64,000 nt of DNA from Terrimicrobiaceae bacterium (GCA_044342325.1 JBIIPZ010000007.1:29738-93737); one strand, 5' to 3'. Counted from the first letter of the stretch, positions 51,044 through 61,286 are shown. Translations and numbers: made by a program. Notes: generated by a model from the sequence alone, not told the origin.

Positions 51044-51499
51044 CCACTTCCAGAATCCGCAAGGAGCGGGATGTCGCTCTGTCACGCCCGGCCATATACC
51101 CTGTTTTCAGTGCGCTTTTGCTGTGAAAACCACCCTTTTGTATAAAATAAAAAATTACCTAAAAAACTATTTTGCAATAACTTAATTTGTTTTTTACCAA
51201 ATATCACTTTTCTTCCTCTCTACCACAAACCACCCCAACTAGTTTTTCAGTCAGTGCCATTCATTCCGACTACCCTTATCTTTCACGGACAAGTTGCGTT
51301 CTTTGTCCTATGTTCCAATCGGTTCGGGTTCCGTTACGGTTTTGTAACGCAAACGAATCCCGCTTTTATATTGTATTTTTTCTGCAAAATGAAATTTCTA
51401 CATCTTGCAAGTCCCAAGGAGATCGATTGAGGCGTCCGTCAGACTCGATCAGAACTTCTCTTCGCTCCATTGAGGTCTCAGTTATCCGTAAAAAATCTT

Positions 51500-52960
51500 A
51501 TGAATCAAAAGTCCCTTCGCCTTCGTCTTTATCTTCAAATCGGCCTTTTTATTTTATCTTTTGCCATGTTTGGCATTCTCGCATTCAACACGCTTAGCGT
51601 CTTGCGGGTGAATGGTCCGATTTATAAAGACATTGTCCGTGGCAAAGACCTCATCGCGGACATTTTGCCTCCGCCGGCATACATCCTCGAAAGTTATCTT
51701 GTTTCGCTTCAATTGGCTGGGGAGAGCTCGCCGGAAAAAATCAAAGAGCAAAAGGAGACTCTGGTGCGCCTGAAGAACGAATATTTGCAGCGCCATGATT
51801 TCTGGAAAACCGAGCTTCCGGAAAGCGCAACCAAGCGTCTCTTCTTGCAGGATTCACGAAAGCCAGCCTTGGACTTCTTTCAAATCATCGAGGAAAAACT
51901 TATTCCCGCCGTCGATAAAGGTGATCGTGAAAAAGAGTATGAAATCGTCTACGGAAGCTTGCGCGAAAAATACGAGGAACACCGCAAAGTCATCGACCAA
52001 GTGGTAAAAGACACCACCAGCGAAAACCAGCGCATTGAAGTCAAGGCCGAAGAATCCATCAGCACGCGGACGACCATTATGCTGGCCCTCGCCTTGGGTG
52101 TATCACTCGCCACGATCATCTACTCCGCCCTGTTCACCCGCTCGATTTATCAGGCCTTGAAAAATGTGTCCGACGTCATCGGTTGCGCCTCCACGCAGAT
52201 CGCTGATGCCGCCACACAGGTTTCGGCCTCAAGCCAATCACTCGCCGAGGGTGCCAACGAACAAGCGACTTCTCTCGAGGAAACCAGCTCCGCACTCGAG
52301 GAAATGGCATCCATGATTTCTCTCAATGCGGACCACAGCGGTAACGCCAAGGATATCGCCACCGAAACTCGCCAATCCGCCGAAAACGGAGTTGATGAAA
52401 TGGTCGAAATGATCGACGCCATGGAGGCAATCAAACTGTCCAGCAATGAAATCTCGAAGATCGTCAAATCCATCGATGAAATTGCATTCCAGACAAACAT
52501 TCTGGCATTGAATGCCGCAGTGGAAGCCGCTCGGGCGGGCGAAGCCGGCGCTGGATTCGCCGTTGTGGCCGATGAAGTGCGTAGCCTCGCTCAACGCGCT
52601 GCAACAGCGGCCAAGGAAACTTCAGGCAAGATCGACGATGCCATTCAAAAGAGCAACGCCGGCGTGATCATCACCACAAAGGTCAAAGGCAGCCTCCATC
52701 AAATCGTAGATAAAGCCCGCCAGGTGGACCAACTCATCGTCGAAATCGCGACGGCCTCCAAAGAACAAAGCAGCGGCATCCAGCAAGTGAATGTGGCCGT
52801 TTCCCAGATGAATAAAGTGACCCAAGCCAACGCCGCCGGCGCCGAAGAAACCGCTTCCGCTTCAGAAGAGCTAACCGCTCAAGCCGGGGAACTCAAAAAT
52901 GCGGTCCTACAACTCCAGGTGCTCATCAACGGGTCGTCCGCCAGCAGCAACAGGATCTGA
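51500..52960 (+). CDS. Methyl-accepting chemotaxis protein
   Basis: Two TMs around a periplasmic domain; [37 protein letters not shown] hairpin tip. Confidence 0.95.
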   Translation: MNQKSLRLRLYLQIGLFILSFAMFGILAFNTLSVLRVNGPIYKDIVRGKDLIADILPPPAYILESYLVSLQLAGESSPEKIKEQKETLVRLKNEYLQRHDFWKTELPESATKRLFLQDSRKPALDFFQIIEEKLIPAVDKGDREKEYEIVYGSLREKYEEHRKVIDQVVKDTTSENQRIEVKAEESISTRTTIMLALALGVSLATIIYSALFTRSIYQALKNVSDVIGCASTQIADAATQVSASSQSLAEGANEQATSLEETSSALEEMASMISLNADHSGNAKDIATETRQSAENGVDEMVEMIDAMEAIKLSSNEISKIVKSIDEIAFQTNILALNAAVEAARAGEAGAGFAVVADEVRSLAQRAATAAKETSGKIDDAIQKSNAGVIITTKVKGSLHQIVDKARQVDQLIVEIATASKEQSSGIQQVNVAVSQMNKVTQANAAGAEETASASEELTAQAGELKNAVLQLQVLINGSSASSNRI

Positions 52961-53137
52961 TTGACACTGCTTCCGGAGGAAACGCCGATGCGCGGCTGAA
53001 AAATGGGTCATACCAGACGATGAATCGATCTGAACTGGGAGTGTCGGATTGATTTTATATCACTTTACTCTTAGAAGCCTCGCCTCTAAGACGCCCGCGC
53101 CAACTTCTAAAATTCCTAACGAGATGGGCTGTTTATG

Positions 53138-54481
53138 TCAGTCTTCAGATACAGCTTCCGATGCCGGTAGGAGGTCGCTTTCCTTAGCGAAGAGTGCGGT
53201 GGTGGCATCGTCTGGTGCGGATTCGACATTGCGGAGTTGGCGCTGCATGGCGCGCGTGCGTGTGCCGACCTGATCGATTTCGTTTGTTGCGGACTGGAGT
53301 TTACTTTTGACCTTTTCCAGGACGCCTCCGAACTTTGAGAATTCGGTTTTCACGGCGCTGAGTGTTTGCCAGACCTCGCTGGAGCGTTGTTCGATGGCCA
53401 GGGTGCGGAAGCCCATTTGCAGGCTGTTGAGGAGGGCGACGAGGGTTGTTGGGCCGGCGATGACGACCCGGTGCTCGAGTTGGATGCTTTCGGCGAGTTC
53501 GCGGCGGCGGAGGACTTCCGCATAGAGGCCCTCGGTCGGAAGGAACATGATGGCGAAATCGGTTGTTGCTGGGGGATTTAGGTATTTTTCGCGGATGTCT
53601 TTGGCGTTTGATTTGATCCGGATTTCCAGTTGCCGAGCCGCGTTCTCGGCTTCTGTGGCATCACCATTTTCCGTTGCGGCAACCAAGCGCTCGTAGTCTT
53701 CCTTGGGGAATTTTGCGTCGATGGGAAGCCAGACGCTCGATCCGTCGTTTGAACGCCCGGGGAGTTTGACGGCGAATTCCACGCGCTCTGGTCCGCCTTT
53801 GGTGGCCACATTTGTATCGTATTGTTGCGGGCTGAGGAATTGCTCGAGAATCGTGGCAAGTTGGAATTCTCCCCAGGCTCCACGGCGGGTCACATTGGTC
53901 ATGACACGCTTCAAATCTCCGACTCCCTCGGCGAGGCTCTGCATGTTGAGCATAGCGTTTTGAACCTTGTCGAGGTTGTCGCTCACGAGTTTGAAGGACT
54001 CGCCGAGACGCCGCTCCAGTGTGGTCTGGAGCTTTTCCTCGACCGTGGCTCGCATGGCTTCGAGTTTCGCGTTGTTGTCTTGTTGCAGGCTGGTGAGCTT
54101 GGCTTCCACCGAGGTGCGGAGCGTTTCGAGTTTTTCGCTGTTCGTTTGCGTGAGCCGGTCCAGTTGGTTCCGGAATCCCTCGAGCTGCTGGTTTTGGAGT
54201 TCGAAGGATTTTGTCACCGATCTCTCCAATGATTCCCTGAGAGTGTTGGTGGCGAGTGAGAGGTTTGCGAGAGCCTCCCTCATGGGTTCTGAGTTTTGGC
54301 GTAGTGCGAACTCGAGTGTTTGGGTCAACTCCTGACGCGATGTGGTCTGTTGTTGCGCGAATTGCTCACGCAAAATTTCGGTCAATCGGGCGGTGTCCTT
54401 GTTCCGGAGGTGCAGCAAAAACAAAGATGCCAGCAGTGTGAGAAGCGATGCACCCAGGGCTGCGAAAGGGATGATTTCCAT
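53138..54481 (-). CDS. rmuC: DNA recombination protein RmuC
   Basis: RGAWGE, LPIDAKFP, TTDFAIMFLPTEGLY, GPTTL.A.LNSL.MGF. Confidence 0.93.
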   Translation of the reverse strand: MEIIPFAALGASLLTLLASLFLLHLRNKDTARLTEILREQFAQQQTTSRQELTQTLEFALRQNSEPMREALANLSLATNTLRESLERSVTKSFELQNQQLEGFRNQLDRLTQTNSEKLETLRTSVEAKLTSLQQDNNAKLEAMRATVEEKLQTTLERRLGESFKLVSDNLDKVQNAMLNMQSLAEGVGDLKRVMTNVTRRGAWGEFQLATILEQFLSPQQYDTNVATKGGPERVEFAVKLPGRSNDGSSVWLPIDAKFPKEDYERLVAATENGDATEAENAARQLEIRIKSNAKDIREKYLNPPATTDFAIMFLPTEGLYAEVLRRRELAESIQLEHRVVIAGPTTLVALLNSLQMGFRTLAIEQRSSEVWQTLSAVKTEFSKFGGVLEKVKSKLQSATNEIDQVGTRTRAMQRQLRNVESAPDDATTALFAKESDLLPASEAVSED

Positions 54482-54591
54482 AGGCACAATGCATACAGCA
54501 AACCCTCGGCGGTATCAGTAAAACTTCCTGAAGGGCTTTTTTGGGACAGGAATAATCTTGATCAATACGCGCCTGTGCCAAACCTGTCGGC

Positions 54592-55293
54592 ATGGTTCGA
54601 TTACTCGCTCTGTTTTTAATGGTCGGCGTGCTCACGGCAAAGGCCGAGGTGGAACGCGAATACATCCTTGTGAGCGGTGGTCCATCGCTCCACGAGTGGG
54701 AGAAATTCAAGGCCGAGCCACACGATCGCTGGTGGGGCAATTTTATCCGCTCGGCTCGTGTGCGTATTCAAGAAATCCAGGCGAAGTCGGGCCAGGGAAC
54801 GAAAATTACATGGCTTGTGCACAAACCCAGTTACCTGCGGCGTGCTTCCAGGCAGGACAAACAAGATCTGATCGCGAACATCGTTTCCGTCCGCGACAAA
54901 TACGGAGTCAAACTTATATGGTTCGATAAGGGGGATGAGCTGATCGAGTATTTGAATGCCGGCCAGCCTAGGGACCGCGTGAAGATTGCCAATTTTGAAT
55001 ACTACGGACACTCCAACCGGGCCTGCTGGATGTTTGATTACAGCAATGAGATCGATAGCGGGTCCAAGAGCTGGCTGCACGAAAACGAACTCGGACGCAT
55101 CCACCGCGATATTTTCACCCGCGATGCCTTCATTAAGAGCTGGAGCTGCCACACGGCAGAGAGCATGAGCAAGAAATGGAAGCGCGCGACCGGCAAGCGA
55201 ATGATCGGGGCTATTGGCAAGACGGATTACTCCTACGGGCATCTACGCAACTGGACGCCCACCTTGAGCAAGGGTGCGCGCTGGGGAGGGTAG
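54592..55293 (+). CDS. Exported hypothetical protein (possible His-Cys peptidase-like fold)
   Basis: Signal peptide; YILVSGG, FEYYGHS, KSWSCH. Confidence 0.6.
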   Translation: MVRLLALFLMVGVLTAKAEVEREYILVSGGPSLHEWEKFKAEPHDRWWGNFIRSARVRIQEIQAKSGQGTKITWLVHKPSYLRRASRQDKQDLIANIVSVRDKYGVKLIWFDKGDELIEYLNAGQPRDRVKIANFEYYGHSNRACWMFDYSNEIDSGSKSWLHENELGRIHRDIFTRDAFIKSWSCHTAESMSKKWKRATGKRMIGAIGKTDYSYGHLRNWTPTLSKGARWGG

Positions 55294-55297
55294 GGGC

Positions 55298-56041
55298 TCA
55301 GGATTTGCGTTTGCCGCCAGCCAGAAGCTTCGCTGCCATTTTGGCATCCTCTGCGGTATCGACCCCCGGCCCTCCGGCCTTGGTCGTGATGACGCGGATT
55401 TTCGCGCCGTGCTCCAAGGCGCGGAGCTGTTCCAATTTTTCGGATTTCTCGAGAGGCGTCTGCTTCCATTTCACGAAATCCAAAAGAAATTTTCGCCGGT
55501 ATCCATAAATGCCCAGGTGCCGGAATCGCGCAGGATTGGCGTCGCCATCGCGGTCGCAGGGAATCGGGCTGCGTGAGAAATAAAGTGCGTCGCCTGTGAT
55601 TCCAGTGACGACTTTCACGCAATTCGGGTTCTCGAGTTCGCTCTCCGCCAGCGGACAGGCGGCTGTTGACATCGCGAGGGCCTTTTCTTTTTTGAGCACT
55701 TCGATGAGGCGTCTGATCAAAGCTGGTTCGATGAAGGGCTCGTCTCCCTGCACATTCAGAACCACATCAAAGCCCGCCAATTTTTTTGCCACCTCGGCGA
55801 TGCGGTCCGTTCCGGTTGGGTGCTTTGCGGAAGTGAGCGCCACATCCGCTCCGAACGCGAAGGCCGCCTCGGCGATGCGCATGTCATCTGTCGCGATGAT
55901 CACCTCATCCGCCTCGCGGACTTTTTTGCAGCGCTCCCACACATGCTGAACGAGTGGCTTGCCGGCTAGTTCGAGCAGAGGTTTCCCAGGTAGGCGGCTC
56001 GAGGCCCAGCGGGCTGGAATAATGATCGCGGTTTTGGACAT
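55298..56041 (-). CDS. kdsB: 3-deoxy-manno-octulosonate cytidylyltransferase
   Basis: IIPARWASSRLPGKPL, GTDRIAE, NVQGDEP, ALYFSR, HLGIYGY, EKLEQLRAL. Confidence 0.96.
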   Translation of the reverse strand: MSKTAIIIPARWASSRLPGKPLLELAGKPLVQHVWERCKKVREADEVIIATDDMRIAEAAFAFGADVALTSAKHPTGTDRIAEVAKKLAGFDVVLNVQGDEPFIEPALIRRLIEVLKKEKALAMSTAACPLAESELENPNCVKVVTGITGDALYFSRSPIPCDRDGDANPARFRHLGIYGYRRKFLLDFVKWKQTPLEKSEKLEQLRALEHGAKIRVITTKAGGPGVDTAEDAKMAAKLLAGGKRKS

Positions 56042-56254
56042 GACTAACGGCCTATCGGATTCGTCTTCTCGGATCGAGAAAAAGGCCGCTTGTAAAAAAA
56101 AACTCTTCCAGAGGCTTGACTCTCTTGGTTGCTGTGTTACTTAGACCGACTCGCGCGTCATCAGAAATTCGCCGTTGGTCCTGTGGTCGCCATCTTTGAT
56201 GGTCGGCCTCAAGCGCACAGGGAAACCCGGCGAAATTGTAGAAACATCACACAC

Positions 56255-57265
56255 ATGCCAGTTCGTCTTGGTCGGTTTGAAATGCCGAAATCCCTCGTCA
56301 AAGAGGAAAAGTCATCCACAGATAAATATGCTCTATTTGTTGCCGAGCCTTTTGAGGCCGGTTACGGGCACACCATCGGAAACTCGCTTCGCCGCGTGCT
56401 CCTCAGCTCTCTTGAAGGTGCCGCCATCACCTCGGTGAAAATTGAAGGCGTTCAGCACGAGTTCAGCACTCTTCCCGGAGTCGTTGAAGATGTCGTGGAC
56501 ATCATTCTTAATCTCAAAAAAATCAAATTTAAAGCCCATGACCACGAGCCCCGCACTCTGAAGCTCGCAGTCAACAAGGAGGGCGTCATCACAGCAGGTG
56601 ACATCCAGAGCACAAACCAGTGCGAGGTTTTGAACCCCGAGCAGATCATCTGCACGCTCGATAAGAAGATGAAATTCGAGGCGGAGTTCGAAGTGAAGGT
56701 CGGCCGCGGTTTTGCCACTGGCGATGAGAACAAGCGCTCGGATCAGCCAATCGGCGTCATTGCCATCGACTCGGTTTTTTCCCCTGTGACTCGCGTCAAG
56801 TATGCCGTGCAAAACACACGCGTCGGTCAGCGCACCGACTACGATAAGGTCATCTTGGAAATCTGGACCGATGGTCGCATCACTCCAGACGATGCTCTCC
56901 TGCAGGCCTCAGCCATTCTCCGTCACCACTTGGATGTCTTCGTCGGCTTCGACGAAAATGTCGTCGAGTTTGATGAAACTCCTCAAGAGGTCAGCCAAGA
57001 AAACAGCCGTCTCAAGAAGCTCCTCAACATGAGCGTCAACGAGATCGAGCTTTCCGTTCGTGCGGCAAACTGCCTCAACAACGCCAACATCACTTCCGTG
57101 GGACAACTCGCTCTCAAGAGCGAAGCTGAGATGCTCAAGTATCGCAACTTCGGTAAAAAATCCCTCAACGAAATCAAAGACAAACTCACTCAACTCGGTT
57201 TGGGCCTCGGTATGAAGCTCGATCAGGGTCTCATCGAACTTCCCGCTGTGGAGGAATCCAAATAA
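56255..57265 (+). CDS. rpoA: RNA polymerase alpha subunit
   Basis: EPFEAGYGHTIGNSLRRVLLSS, HEFSTLPGVVEDV, IDSVFSPV, ELSVRAANCL, NFGKKSL.EI. Confidence 0.97.
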   Translation: MPVRLGRFEMPKSLVKEEKSSTDKYALFVAEPFEAGYGHTIGNSLRRVLLSSLEGAAITSVKIEGVQHEFSTLPGVVEDVVDIILNLKKIKFKAHDHEPRTLKLAVNKEGVITAGDIQSTNQCEVLNPEQIICTLDKKMKFEAEFEVKVGRGFATGDENKRSDQPIGVIAIDSVFSPVTRVKYAVQNTRVGQRTDYDKVILEIWTDGRITPDDALLQASAILRHHLDVFVGFDENVVEFDETPQEVSQENSRLKKLLNMSVNEIELSVRAANCLNNANITSVGQLALKSEAEMLKYRNFGKKSLNEIKDKLTQLGLGLGMKLDQGLIELPAVEESK

Positions 57266-57271
57266 CACGCC

Positions 57272-57697
57272 ATGCGCCATCGTAAGAAAACTGTCAAACT
57301 CGGCCGCTCGACCTCACACCGCGACGCTTTGCTCGCCAACCAGGTCTGCAGCCTCATCGAACACAAACGCATCAAAACCACCCTCGCCAAGGCCAAAGCC
57401 GTTCGTCCGCTCGCGGAAAAGATGGTCACTCTCGGCAAACGTGGTGATTTGCATGCCCGACGCCTCGCCGCAGGCTACCTCGGTCAAAAAGACGCCGTCA
57501 AAAAGCTCTTCGCCGAAGTCGCACCACGCGCGGCCACACGTAAAGGTGGTTACACCCGCATCATCAAGCTCGGTCAGCGCATGAGCGACTCCGCTCCTAT
57601 GGCCTACATTGAGTGGGTGGATACGGAAGGCGCCGGCATTGAGGAGGCGGTTGTTGAAACCGTAGCAGCATCCTCGGAAGCTAAGAAGTCTGAGTAA
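57272..57697 (+). CDS. rplQ: 50S ribosomal protein L17
   Basis: MRHRK...KLGR...[30 protein letters not shown]. Confidence 0.97.
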   Translation: MRHRKKTVKLGRSTSHRDALLANQVCSLIEHKRIKTTLAKAKAVRPLAEKMVTLGKRGDLHARRLAAGYLGQKDAVKKLFAEVAPRAATRKGGYTRIIKLGQRMSDSAPMAYIEWVDTEGAGIEEAVVETVAASSEAKKSE

Positions 57698-57784
57698 AAC
57701 CTGGCGGGACGCCAAAGGCTATCCCGCTACAAATTTTAACCTGAAACCGGTGGAAGATTTCTCCCGAGGAATCCCCTGACGGAC

Positions 57785-57820
57785 CGGGCGGGACCAGCAA
57801 TGGTCCCGCCCGTTTCTCTT
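57785..57820 (+). terminator. Intrinsic terminator after rpoA-rplQ
   Basis: 12-bp stem CGGGCGGGACCA-GCAA-TGGTCCCGCCCG followed by TTTCTCTT. Confidence 0.75.
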
Positions 57821-57830
57821 CCTGAAGACC

Positions 57831-59063
57831 ATGAACCCACTTGCTGAAGATTACTCCCGCTTTGTCATTCCGACTTATGGCCGATTCGATCTCGATATCG
57901 AGAGTGGATCGGGATGTTTCATCCATGATGCCTCGGGTCGAAGAATTTTAGATTTCGGCGCCGGTATTGCCGTGTGCTCGCTCGGGCATGCGCATCCAGA
58001 GGTCACGAGTGCCGTCTGCGGGCAGGCAGGCAAGCTCGTCCACACCTCCAATCTTTACCGCACAGGTCCTCAGGCGGATCTTGCGCGGCGTCTTGTCGAA
58101 GTCACAGGTGAGGGGAAGGTCTTCTTTTGCAACAGCGGCGCCGAAGCCAATGAGGGCCTGATCAAGCTCGCCCGTCGCTTCGGTAGTGCCACGGGTAGGT
58201 CGGGAATTCTGACATTCACCGGATCCTTCCATGGACGCACGATGGCCTGCATTTCTGCCACGGGGCAGGACAAGGTGAAAAAAGATTTCGGCCCGCTTCT
58301 GCCCGGCTTCCAGCATTTGCCATTCGGCGACCTCGATGCTGTGCGGGCTGCGGTGGACTCCAATACCATCGCGATCCTCGTCGAGCCGATTCAAGGCGAG
58401 GGCGGGATTCATCCTGCTACAGGTGATTTTCTGCGCGGCCTTCGCGCGATCTGTGAAGAACGGGACATGCTCCTGCTTTTCGATGAAGTCCAGTGCGGTC
58501 TCGGTCGGACCGGACATTGGTGCGGTTGGCACGCGATCGCGCAGGATGTTCAGCCAGATGGCGTCTCCTGGGCCAAAGGAATCGCGAACGGTTTTCCTCT
58601 CGGCGCCTTTTGGGCCTCAAGTCGAGCCATCGACGAAAGAGGTCCTCTCTGCGACCTGCTCGGCACGGGAAGTCACGGCACAACCTATGGCGGCAACCCT
58701 GTTTGCTGTGCTGCAGGGTTGAAGGTGCTTGAAATCATCGAGCGCGACGGACTCCTCGAGAGCGCCCGCTCGCTGGGTGAATACTTGGCTTCATCACTCC
58801 GGGCGCTTGCAAATCCTCACATCACAGAAGTTCGCGCCATCGGGCTCATGATTGGTGTTCAGCTGGGTAATGATTTTCCAAAAACAACACGCCCTCCAGC
58901 TCTGGAAGTCGTCACTCGGGCGATGTCGGCCGGATTGCTTGTTATTCCCGCTGGAGAAACTGTCGTGCGTTTTCTGCCGCCTCTCAATGTCACTCGCGCC
59001 GAAATCGACGAGGCTGTGGCCAAATTTTCCGAAACCATCCGCTTCATTGAGTCCGCGAACTGA
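57831..59063 (+). CDS. argD: Acetylornithine aminotransferase
   Basis: LGHAHP, FCNSGAEANE, SFHGRT, EPIQGEGG, DEVQCG.GRTG, AKGIANG, HGTTYGGNP; next to argF. Confidence 0.9.
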   Translation: MNPLAEDYSRFVIPTYGRFDLDIESGSGCFIHDASGRRILDFGAGIAVCSLGHAHPEVTSAVCGQAGKLVHTSNLYRTGPQADLARRLVEVTGEGKVFFCNSGAEANEGLIKLARRFGSATGRSGILTFTGSFHGRTMACISATGQDKVKKDFGPLLPGFQHLPFGDLDAVRAAVDSNTIAILVEPIQGEGGIHPATGDFLRGLRAICEERDMLLLFDEVQCGLGRTGHWCGWHAIAQDVQPDGVSWAKGIANGFPLGAFWASSRAIDERGPLCDLLGTGSHGTTYGGNPVCCAAGLKVLEIIERDGLLESARSLGEYLASSLRALANPHITEVRAIGLMIGVQLGNDFPKTTRPPALEVVTRAMSAGLLVIPAGETVVRFLPPLNVTRAEIDEAVAKFSETIRFIESAN

Positions 59064-59084
59064 AACGGCACTCGATCCCATACC

Positions 59085-59999
59085 ATGAAACATCTTCTCT
59101 CCATCGAGTCTCTCACCGCACAGGATATCGAGAGCATCCTCGACGACACCTCCGTTATGAAATCCACGCGGGGTCAACATGCCGAGCACCCGCTTCGGCA
59201 TCAATGCTGGGCGCTCATGTTTTCCAAATCTTCCACCCGCACCCGCGTGTCGTTCGAGGTCGGTATTCGCGAACTCGGCGGCGATGCGCTGTTTCTTGCT
59301 GCGGCGGATATCCAGCTCGGGCGAGGGGAGCCAATTCGCGACACAGCCCGCGTCATGGGGCGTATGCTCCACGGCGCTGTGATTCGAACTTTTGCCCAAA
59401 AAGATGTCGAGGACTTCGCGGCCTTCAGCGGCATTCCAACCATCAACGCTCTCACCGACGAAGAGCATCCCTGCCAGATTTTGGCGGATCTTTTTTCGAT
59501 CCGGGAAACGCGTGGGTCGCTGGAGGGATTGCGCGTGGCATTTATCGGCGATGGCGACTGCAATGTCGCCCGCTCTTGGATCTGGGCCGCCGCCCGCTGT
59601 GGACTCGAACTCACTATTGCCGCACCCCCGAAATTCCAGCCCCCCGTGGAATTGCTCGAGCGCGCTGGAGGAAAAATCCGCCTCACCTCGGATCCCTCGG
59701 AAGCCGCTGCCGGGGCGGATGTGCTCTACACCGATGTCTGGGTCAGCATGGGCAAGGAGGAGGAGGCCGCTTACCGCTTGGCCCAATTTCAAGGGTATCA
59801 AATCAACGCGGAACTCGTCGCGCTTGCCGCTCCGGGTGCTCTGGTGATGCACTGCCTGCCAGCCTACCGTGGCAAGGAAATCGATGAGGCCACTCTTGAA
59901 ACCCACGCCGACACCATTTTTCGGCAAGCTGAAAATCGTCTCCACACGCAGAAAGCCATCATGGCCCGTCTCGTAAAAAATGCAGAGAAGGGTTGCTGA
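59085..59999 (+). CDS. argF: Ornithine carbamoyltransferase
   Basis: SSTRTRVSF, HPCQILAD, YTDVWVSMG, MHCLPA, QAENR. Confidence 0.95.
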   Translation: MKHLLSIESLTAQDIESILDDTSVMKSTRGQHAEHPLRHQCWALMFSKSSTRTRVSFEVGIRELGGDALFLAAADIQLGRGEPIRDTARVMGRMLHGAVIRTFAQKDVEDFAAFSGIPTINALTDEEHPCQILADLFSIRETRGSLEGLRVAFIGDGDCNVARSWIWAAARCGLELTIAAPPKFQPPVELLERAGGKIRLTSDPSEAAAGADVLYTDVWVSMGKEEEAAYRLAQFQGYQINAELVALAAPGALVMHCLPAYRGKEIDEATLETHADTIFRQAENRLHTQKAIMARLVKNAEKGC

Positions 60000-60062
60000 A
60001 AATTGACAAACATCCCCACCTCTGGAATTACTTCACTAACCTAAAGGTTCACCCGAGTTCAT

Positions 60063-61250
60063 ATGCCTGACCCCAAAAAAGAAACCGTTCGTATTGTCCT
60101 TCCCAACCGTCGTCCGGTTCCGCCTCCTCCAGCTCAAGGCAGTGAGGCAGCCATGATCAGTCTTCCTGCCAAGCCTGTTGCGGCAGTCAGTGGTCTTGTG
60201 CCACCCCCGCCGCCTGTTTCTCCTCTTGCCAAACCTGTCGTGCCCGGAGGAGTCGTGCCACCTGCTCCACCTCTTGCGAGTCCAGCCATCAAACCACCTG
60301 TCGCTTCCGGCCTCGCTCCTAAAATTTCTGCCGCTCCCGCAGCGCCTGCTGTGGCGATCAAACCGCCGGCCGTCGCTGGCGAAGCGCCAAAGATTCCCGC
60401 CGCACCTGTTTTGCCGAAAGCGCCTGGAGCAGTCCCTGCCGCTCCAGCAGCGTCTGCTGTAGCAATCAAACCGCCTGCCGTCGGTGGCGAGGCCCCGAAG
60501 ATTCCAGCCGCACCCGTTTTGCCAAAAGCGCCCGGAGTGGTTCCGCCTGCTCCCGCAGCGCCTGCTGTGGCGATCAAGGCACCAGCTGTCGCTGGCGAGG
60601 CGCCAAAGATTCCCGCCGCACCGGTTTTGCCAAAAGCACCCGGAGCAGTCCCCGCCGCACCGGTTTTGCCAAAAGCGCCTGGAGCAGTCCCTGCCGCTCC
60701 GGCAGCGCCTGCTGTGGCGATCAAGCCACCTGCTGTAGCTGGCGAAGCGCCAAAGATTCCAGCAGCTCCTGTTTTGCCAAAAGCGCCTGGAGCAGTCCCT
60801 GCCGCTCCGGCAGCACCTGCTGTGGCGATCAAACCGCCAGCCGTAGCCGGCGAGGCCCCAAAGATTCCCGCCGCACCCGTTTTGCCGAAAGCACCCGGAG
60901 CAGCTCCTGCCGCACCCGCAGCGCCTGCCGTTGCGATCAAGCCGCCTGCCGCAGCAGCTGAAGCGCCTAAAGCTCCAATCGCACCAGTCAGTGCCGTATC
61001 ACCCAAAAAGGAGACCGCAAAGATCAGCCTGCCTTCGGCCGCAAAGACCGTTCCTCAGGCCACGATGAATCTCAAAAAGGCTGCTCCCTCCGCAGCCGCT
61101 CCGAGCGAAAAAAAATCCGCGCCTGCAGAAGCCGCTTCAACCAATGTTGCCGAAGGCAAAGCCGGTAATTCCGATCTCATCCTCGGCATCGCCGCGACGG
61201 TCGTGGCATTGGCCTCGCTTGGCATCCAACTCTGGACGATGCTAGGCTGA
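60063..61250 (+). CDS. Pro/Ala-rich tandem-repeat protein with C-terminal TM anchor
   Basis: 36-aa repeats with synonymous variation; C-terminal LILGIAATVVALASLGIQLW. Confidence 0.75.
   Translation: MPDPKKETVRIVLPNRRPVPPPPAQGSEAAMISLPAKPVAAVSGLVPPPPPVSPLAKPVVPGGVVPPAPPLASPAIKPPVASGLAPKISAAPAAPAVAIKPPAVAGEAPKIPAAPVLPKAPGAVPAAPAASAVAIKPPAVGGEAPKIPAAPVLPKAPGVVPPAPAAPAVAIKAPAVAGEAPKIPAAPVLPKAPGAVPAAPVLPKAPGAVPAAPAAPAVAIKPPAVAGEAPKIPAAPVLPKAPGAVPAAPAAPAVAIKPPAVAGEAPKIPAAPVLPKAPGAAPAAPAAPAVAIKPPAAAAEAPKAPIAPVSAVSPKKETAKISLPSAAKTVPQATMNLKKAAPSAAAPSEKKSAPAEAASTNVAEGKAGNSDLILGIAATVVALASLGIQLWTMLG
60333..60989 (+). repeat. ~108-bp coding tandem repeat (5 full copies, a 39-bp insert and a partial copy)
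   Basis: Unit APAAPAVAIKPPAVAGEAPKIPAAPVLPKAPGAVPA. Confidence 0.9.
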
Positions 61251-61286
61251 TCCTTCTTTTTTTAAAAAACCAACAATACCTTTCCT

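Noticed and set aside
51187..51597. 136-aa ORF upstream of the MCP gene
   Set aside because: TTG start, Ser/Phe-rich translation of AT-rich intergenic DNA, and overlaps the MCP out of frame.
52961..53137. Possible sRNA between the MCP gene and rmuC (GACACT/AGTGTC pairing, TTGACA)
   Set aside because: Only short stems, no matching -10 element and no recognisable RNA family; cannot be supported by eye.
58794..59945. 383-aa ORF on - strand
   Set aside because: Antisense shadow of argD/argF.
60333..60989. Possible CRISPR or non-coding repeat array
   Set aside because: Units are contiguous, in frame and have no unique spacers; no cas genes in the window.
60134..61006. Gly/Ala-rich repeat ORF on - strand (silk or PGRS-like look)
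   Set aside because: Mirror of the Pro/Ala repeat gene; variation is synonymous in the + frame, which also has a TM anchor.
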